Program-made: the position numbers and the translations under genes
Shown: positions 59,901 to 64,000 of the stretch, piece by piece
Numbering within the stretch: position 1 is the first letter of the stretch
How the letters are laid out: each line of letters begins with the position of its first letter
Source: Pavona decussata
Taxonomy: Eukaryota
DNA: 64,000 nucleotides
Reading direction: 5' to 3'
NCBI GenBank assembly: GCA_977016875.1
Contig: CDRNST010000199.1
Location: forward strand, 620,001-684,000
Notes under the pieces: model-generated
What the model was told of the DNA's origin: nothing
Database searches by the model: none
Seen by the model: only the letters and a program-made list of their open reading frames with translations

Positions 59901-60146
59901 CGAAAACGTCCAATTCACTAGCTCCAGAATGAAAGTAAAAGATTTTTTTAACGAAAAACTAGACAGGAAACGAATAAACGCCAACTTGCAGATCATCGTT
60001 ATTGAAAAATGGAAATGAATTAAAACGGAAGGGAAAAAAAGAAAAGAAAGAGAAAAAGAGAATAATTATATTGGGAAAAGCACGAGTTAAAAGCTCTTAC
60101 CCTTTGCAGCACTTCCTAACAACAGCAACACCAGTAATATCATCAT
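42727..60146 (-). CDS. Gene B (complete, spliced, 907 aa): secreted double S1 serine protease with 2 MAM domains
   Basis: 19 GT-AG exons, 2724 nt in frame: 60146-60101 ([15 protein letters not shown] signal peptide), 57984-57896 (CG..SR|VIGG), 56258-56164, 55538-55297, 53852-53745, 53440-53192, 52215-52168, 50810-50679, 50571-50330, 49653-49578, 48629-48531, 48232-48188, 48109-47975, 47061-46817, 46318-46231, 45186-45139, 44602-44410, 43755-43606, 43120-42727. Confidence 0.9.
44927..44966. repeat. (ATG)n microsatellite
   Basis: Pure ATG run in an intron. Others: (ATTT)n ~36652-36691, (GAT)n(GAG)n ~47115-47180, (AAT)n ~47559-47595. Confidence 0.9.
46231..48109 (-). CDS. Gene B second MAM domain, 3 exons
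   Basis: [24 protein letters not shown] / [19 protein letters not shown] / SDISIDDF..C. Confidence 0.9.
49578..50810 (-). CDS. Gene B first MAM domain, 3 exons
   Basis: [15 protein letters not shown] / [19 protein letters not shown] / GDAAIDNV..C. Confidence 0.9.
50004..50289. mobile_element. MITE-like inverted-repeat element
   Basis: TAGAGAGGTTTCCAATTGAGTGTC ... GACACTGAATTGCAAACCGCTCTA imperfect TIRs; related fragments near 35090-35305 and 48290-48462. Confidence 0.7.
53192..57984 (-). CDS. Gene B N-terminal chymotrypsin-type S1 domain, 5 exons
   Basis: SR|[25 protein letters not shown] (Ser189). Confidence 0.92.
55821..55940. repeat. Palindromic interspersed repeat
   Basis: AACAATTATTTCACGAGCACGCGCTGGATATGAGA ... 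TCTCATATCCAACAGGCGCGAGTTGAATAATTGTT. Confidence 0.6.
56824..57225 (-). mobile_element. tRNA-derived retro-repeat: 250-bp unit + partial tandem copy + inverted segment, with ~12-bp TSD
   Basis: Unit 56824-57073 is repeated at 57074-57137; ~57141-57227 is the reverse complement of ~56868-56953; ATTAGGGTTATT at 56812-56823 and 57226-57237. Confidence 0.8.
56944..57015 (-). ncRNA. tRNA-like cloverleaf (pseudo tRNA-Thr GGT) within the repeat
   Basis: GGCTTCA/TGAAGCC acceptor stem, GCTC-AGTTGGTA-GAGC D arm, ACGGG-TTCGAAT-CCCGT T arm, anticodon loop CCGGTAA (C33, stem mismatch), T7 run just downstream. Confidence 0.7.
58133..58502. mobile_element. MITE, PIF/Harbinger-like
   Basis: ~40-bp TIR AGGGA(C/G)CTTAAGCAACGACGACGGCAACGGCAACGAAAACG with 3-bp TSD ATT. 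Confidence 0.85.
58506..59012. mobile_element. Related MITE in opposite orientation with a 150-bp-period junction duplication
   Basis: 58451-58539 is repeated at 58601-58689; 58690-59012 is a diverged reverse complement of the 58133-58502 element. Confidence 0.7.
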
Positions 60147-60189
60147 AGATGCGATCAAGATGAATGTGAATCTGATCTGTTGGGGCCAG

Positions 60190-60196
60190 ATTTATA
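60190..60196 (-). promoter_or_regulatory. TATA box of gene B
   Basis: TATAAAT starts 50 nt upstream of the ATG of the signal-peptide exon, with Inr-like TCA motifs ~25-30 nt downstream. Confidence 0.7.
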
Positions 60197-61608
60197 GTAG
60201 GAGTCGATAAAGGGAAAATCAGTGCATTAACAAGTGAATCACTTTCGACAAACATTAACGTTTGTCGTTTCGACTGGGACTTTTGCTCAATATTTAACTT
60301 CTTAATTGACTCACAAAGAAAACTAGGCCCGGACCTCTTTTGTTTAAACTCTTTTTCAATATTTACATTGATGGCGAAGAATCATTTTTATACAACTTGC
60401 CTGTACAGTGGATAAACAGCTGTTTATAAACGTATACAAATGCACATTAGTTCCTACTTTTCTAAAATGATCACAATTAGCAGTAATTTAGCATGTATAA
60501 GATTAACACTCCAGTGTTGTCTTAGCTGTGGTGATTTGTGATGATTTTGGGTGTGTTAACTTAAATCCCGATTACTAAACCGACAATCGGTTGCAAGAAA
60601 AACTTACGAAATACTCAGTCAGTTAATAAATGATCGCCACTACAACTTTCATAGATTTTAAAACATTAAAGAAGTGGTAATTTGTAGCAAAGGACGATGA
60701 AATCAGTACAAACCCAAACGAAAATCCCTGACAACTGTCTTTTTTCGATTCGATAAAAGTCAGCAGAAATTTTAAAGAAGAATATGACATCATGACATCA
60801 ACGTTATCAAAGTAGACTTTTAGGAAGAAAGTAAACAGAGAACAGTTGCGTACACCTTTTCTTTTTTTGGCATGGATCAAATTGAAACATTAACCGCTTT
60901 TTTGTTTGCACTTGTTTGTCCAGGTTTTCAAAAGAGCTCTTCAGACAGCTAAAATGGCTTTTAAATAAAATCTACGTTTGGCTAAAAACTATTTTATATA
61001 AACAGTAAATGCGTGGTCTTCGGCTTACGAGCTTTTTTATCCTCAAGTTCCTCCTCGAATTCAAATCATTGGGACGGATTTGATTCCCTGAAATTCCATG
61101 CAACCAGAGATCCACAATTGTTGTTCGGGTTCCGCTAGACACTTGAATCAAAATGAATAATGCACTTTTCTTAAAACTAATGTTGCTAATGCACATAGAA
61201 CATCTCATCGATGCTTTTAATTTTGAACAATAAGTGTTTGTATAATTCTCAATTCTTTATTATTTTAGCTGTAGTGGACTCCAGAGAAATCAAACTAACG
61301 GCGGCTCCTTTAATTCAGAAATTCAGAATGCTGAGAGTATTTTCTCTGTCTAAATCTAAATTAAGATCATTCTCCTAAATGGACTACTCCTGTTTTGAAC
61401 GTGCTGTTTTATGTTTCGTTACCTGTGTGTTTGACTGTGTACTTGCTTTTTAACCTGAATGTATTGATGAATTAAATAAGCTACGCCTAAAATCCTGATT
61501 TAAAGTTGTATTTTTTTTGGAGGAGCCTGTAGCTCGTACAAGCACCAATGGTTTCTCTATGGACATCCTCGCCATATGTTTCTCTCCCTTTTGTTATTTA
61601 TTTATCTT

Positions 61609-62227
61609 TTATATTTCCTCGCGAAGCGAGGTTAATAAATTTGTCGGGCCGAGTCGGCCCGAGCGGAGCTAAGCCGCACGAATTCGAGGGAAAAATATCT
61701 TTATATATATGTTTCGTTGAAGGTGTCCGCACGGTTGCCTAGCAACAGTGAAAAAACAAAGTATGAATGACGTCGGACTGTCTGGCGTCGTCTGGAGCAA
61801 AATTTGCATACAGTACATCGCGAAAGTTTGCGTGCGGGATGAAATTTCAACTGCAATGTTCATCAATATTCACTGGATACAGAACTATCTCTCCAGAATC
61901 CTTTCCCTTCTTTCCAGAAATCTTTTTGGTGAAAGATTGCATTGAAGAAATTACACTTTTGTGGCCGCGGTAAAATAATTTTCCGTGGGAAATAAATTCA
62001 TCAAACACGACAGCCGCGCTGCACGCCTGTTGTACATTTCGTCGCCTCAGAAATAGATTTTCAACCGCAAACTAGCCTGTGGAACTACGAAAAGACCGTG
62101 CTCATCAAAATAGTTGCTATGTTCAGAAACCTTTCAATCTCCTCATTTGATGCCGTACAATACCAGTAAAGAGGGCTTTCCACCCAGCCCCAGCTTCGCG
62201 AGGTTTTGCGAGTCACGTATTTCTAGT
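61609..62227 (+). mobile_element. Non-autonomous Helentron/HINE-like element
   Basis: 11-bp subterminal inverted repeats CCTCGCGAAGC (61617-61627) and GCTTCGCGAGG (62193-62203), 5' hairpin CCTCGC-GAA-GCGAGG, 3' end TTCTAGT, T-rich flanks, no TSD. Confidence 0.5.
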
Positions 62228-64000
62228 TTAATATATATTTATCTTGTAACGATGTGCAAGAATAATGATAAAAAATAAATAAATAAATAAAACGGAAAAC
62301 TGAAGACAAATCGTAAAGAAGGATAACAGAATGTTGTTCTGGTGTTCATATATATATAGCTAGCCGAGAGGCGAAAAGAATTACTATGCGGACAGTAAAA
62401 AGAGCATGGATGCACGAGGGAGGCTCTTAGTTATCGCTTCGCCTTTTTCTCTCTTTTGTGTATAAATTCCTTGTCTCGCTGCTCACTATCTTGATAACAA
62501 AAACAGGCTAAAGGGACGATTTATCGTTTCAATGTGTCATAAACTCTTTATTTCGGGTTTTTTTTTCTTCCTTTAAACAGCCACAAACAAAAGCCGGTAT
62601 AGTATAATTTATTTCCTAAACAGCGTCAACAAATGTTGTTCAAATTCGGGAGACTATAAATCATGGTTTGGCTGATTTATTCTCGCTCTAACTTTCTTGC
62701 TGTTAAAATATATCTTACATTCTACAAAATGTGATGAAGTCAGTTTCACTAGTGAGACGTTTATAAGCAAAAAGAAGGAGAGAAAGGATGCAAGGCATTC
62801 AAACTAGGCCTTCAGGAAGACTATAGCTGTTCACTTCGTTGTGTGTCAATTCTACTCAGTGGGTGGAGGGGGTGGGGGGATGGGGGTGTTGGGGAGTACT
62901 GGCTCTCCTACTCCTACAACGTACAACTACTGCAGTGCACAGTCTTTGAATAAAAATAACTTGATGTCTATTAATTAAACTGTAGCGGAACACAAGTAGT
63001 TTGTTTCCGGGATCAGATTTTACGCGCTGAGCTTTGGTCTGGATCCTTTTTGTGATGGTCATACACGTTTGCACATTTTAAATGCATTTTAGGTCATTGT
63101 GCATTAGATAAATTTAACCTTTCTTTCTGATATAAATACAGTGAGTCAAACAAAAACAGATGAATCATTCAAAGAAGGCGCCGAATTTCTTTTCAACATT
63201 AGAGTGAAAAAGGATAACCATATAGCACTGCTACACCCAAAGAAAAGTTTGTGTGTCAGCCTGATGTCTGAGAAGGATAAACGCGTTGACATGTGTGCAT
63301 ATGGTACACTTGGGCTTGCCACAGACGGAACAATAGAGTTAAACAGTAGAAAAGACGGCTTTGAGAATCTAAGGAGGTTTCAGGACTTTCCACAGTTTAT
63401 GCCATAGTTAAAAAATAAAGAAATTTTTTTCATGTCTACAACATGGGGAGCCGGCATGCTTGGGCAATCTCCCGAGCCAGAGGCTCATGATAAAGTGCTT
63501 GACAATAATTCTGATCCGGAATTGGAATTTGGAAAATGTTGTTTTTTAAGGAGAGGGGAAAACAGGAGTGAAACCTCTTTTTTATCGACTTTGTTATGCT
63601 TTTTTCGCCCTTCCCTAATTTTGTCTGTAAAGTTGTAAAAGACAAAGCTTGCCAGGGTATAGTAATAATGTTGAAAATCACCAGAAATATTTAAATCATA
63701 TTCTAAGTGCAGTCGTCTGCTATAGAAAGGGGAAACCGAATCCACAAAGTTTTGTTGCGACAGGGAACAAAGCTTTGGAAGTTCGTGTATTGACCAGTAA
63801 ATGTTTGGGGTCAGAATGCTAATTCCGTCGCGGACGATGTTTATAGTCTAGAAAATGTGGAGTGGTGTTCTCAAACATGTCGTATGTAATGCGTATGTTC
63901 TTGTCAAACTTGTCGAAATGTTCCCGAAACGGAATATGATCGATGGTTGTGTTACGTTGGATCACAAGTGTATCATCTACGTATCGGTATTAAAAGGCTA

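Overview
AT-rich, intron-rich animal DNA. The repeat families and gene content suggest an anthozoan, probably a stony coral (inference). The window holds two paralogous, convergently transcribed (tail-to-tail) multi-exon genes. Each encodes a secreted double serine protease: chymotrypsin-type S1 domain - Pro/Thr linker - MAM domains - trypsin-type S1 domain. Gene B (minus strand, 42727-60146, 19 exons, 907 aa, 2 MAMs) is complete. Gene A (plus strand, 952-37848, 27 exons in the window, 5' end upstream) has expanded one MAM plus linker module into a recent ~4.3-kb tandem array of 4 copies, and the middle MAM exon has changed almost only at amino-acid-altering sites. Copy 2 carries two insertions around one 36-nt exon: a 7.1-kb Sola3-type DNA transposon (long TIRs, TTAA TSD, dead transposase) and an intact 4.6-kb Ty3/Gypsy element with identical LTRs. 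A degenerate type I hammerhead ribozyme in a ~321-nt retrozyme-like unit lies between the genes. Introns also hold many MITEs, a tRNA-cloverleaf retro-repeat with an inversion and Helitron-like elements. All exon calls were made by eye from GT-AG sites, frame continuity and paralogue comparison; no transcript evidence was available.
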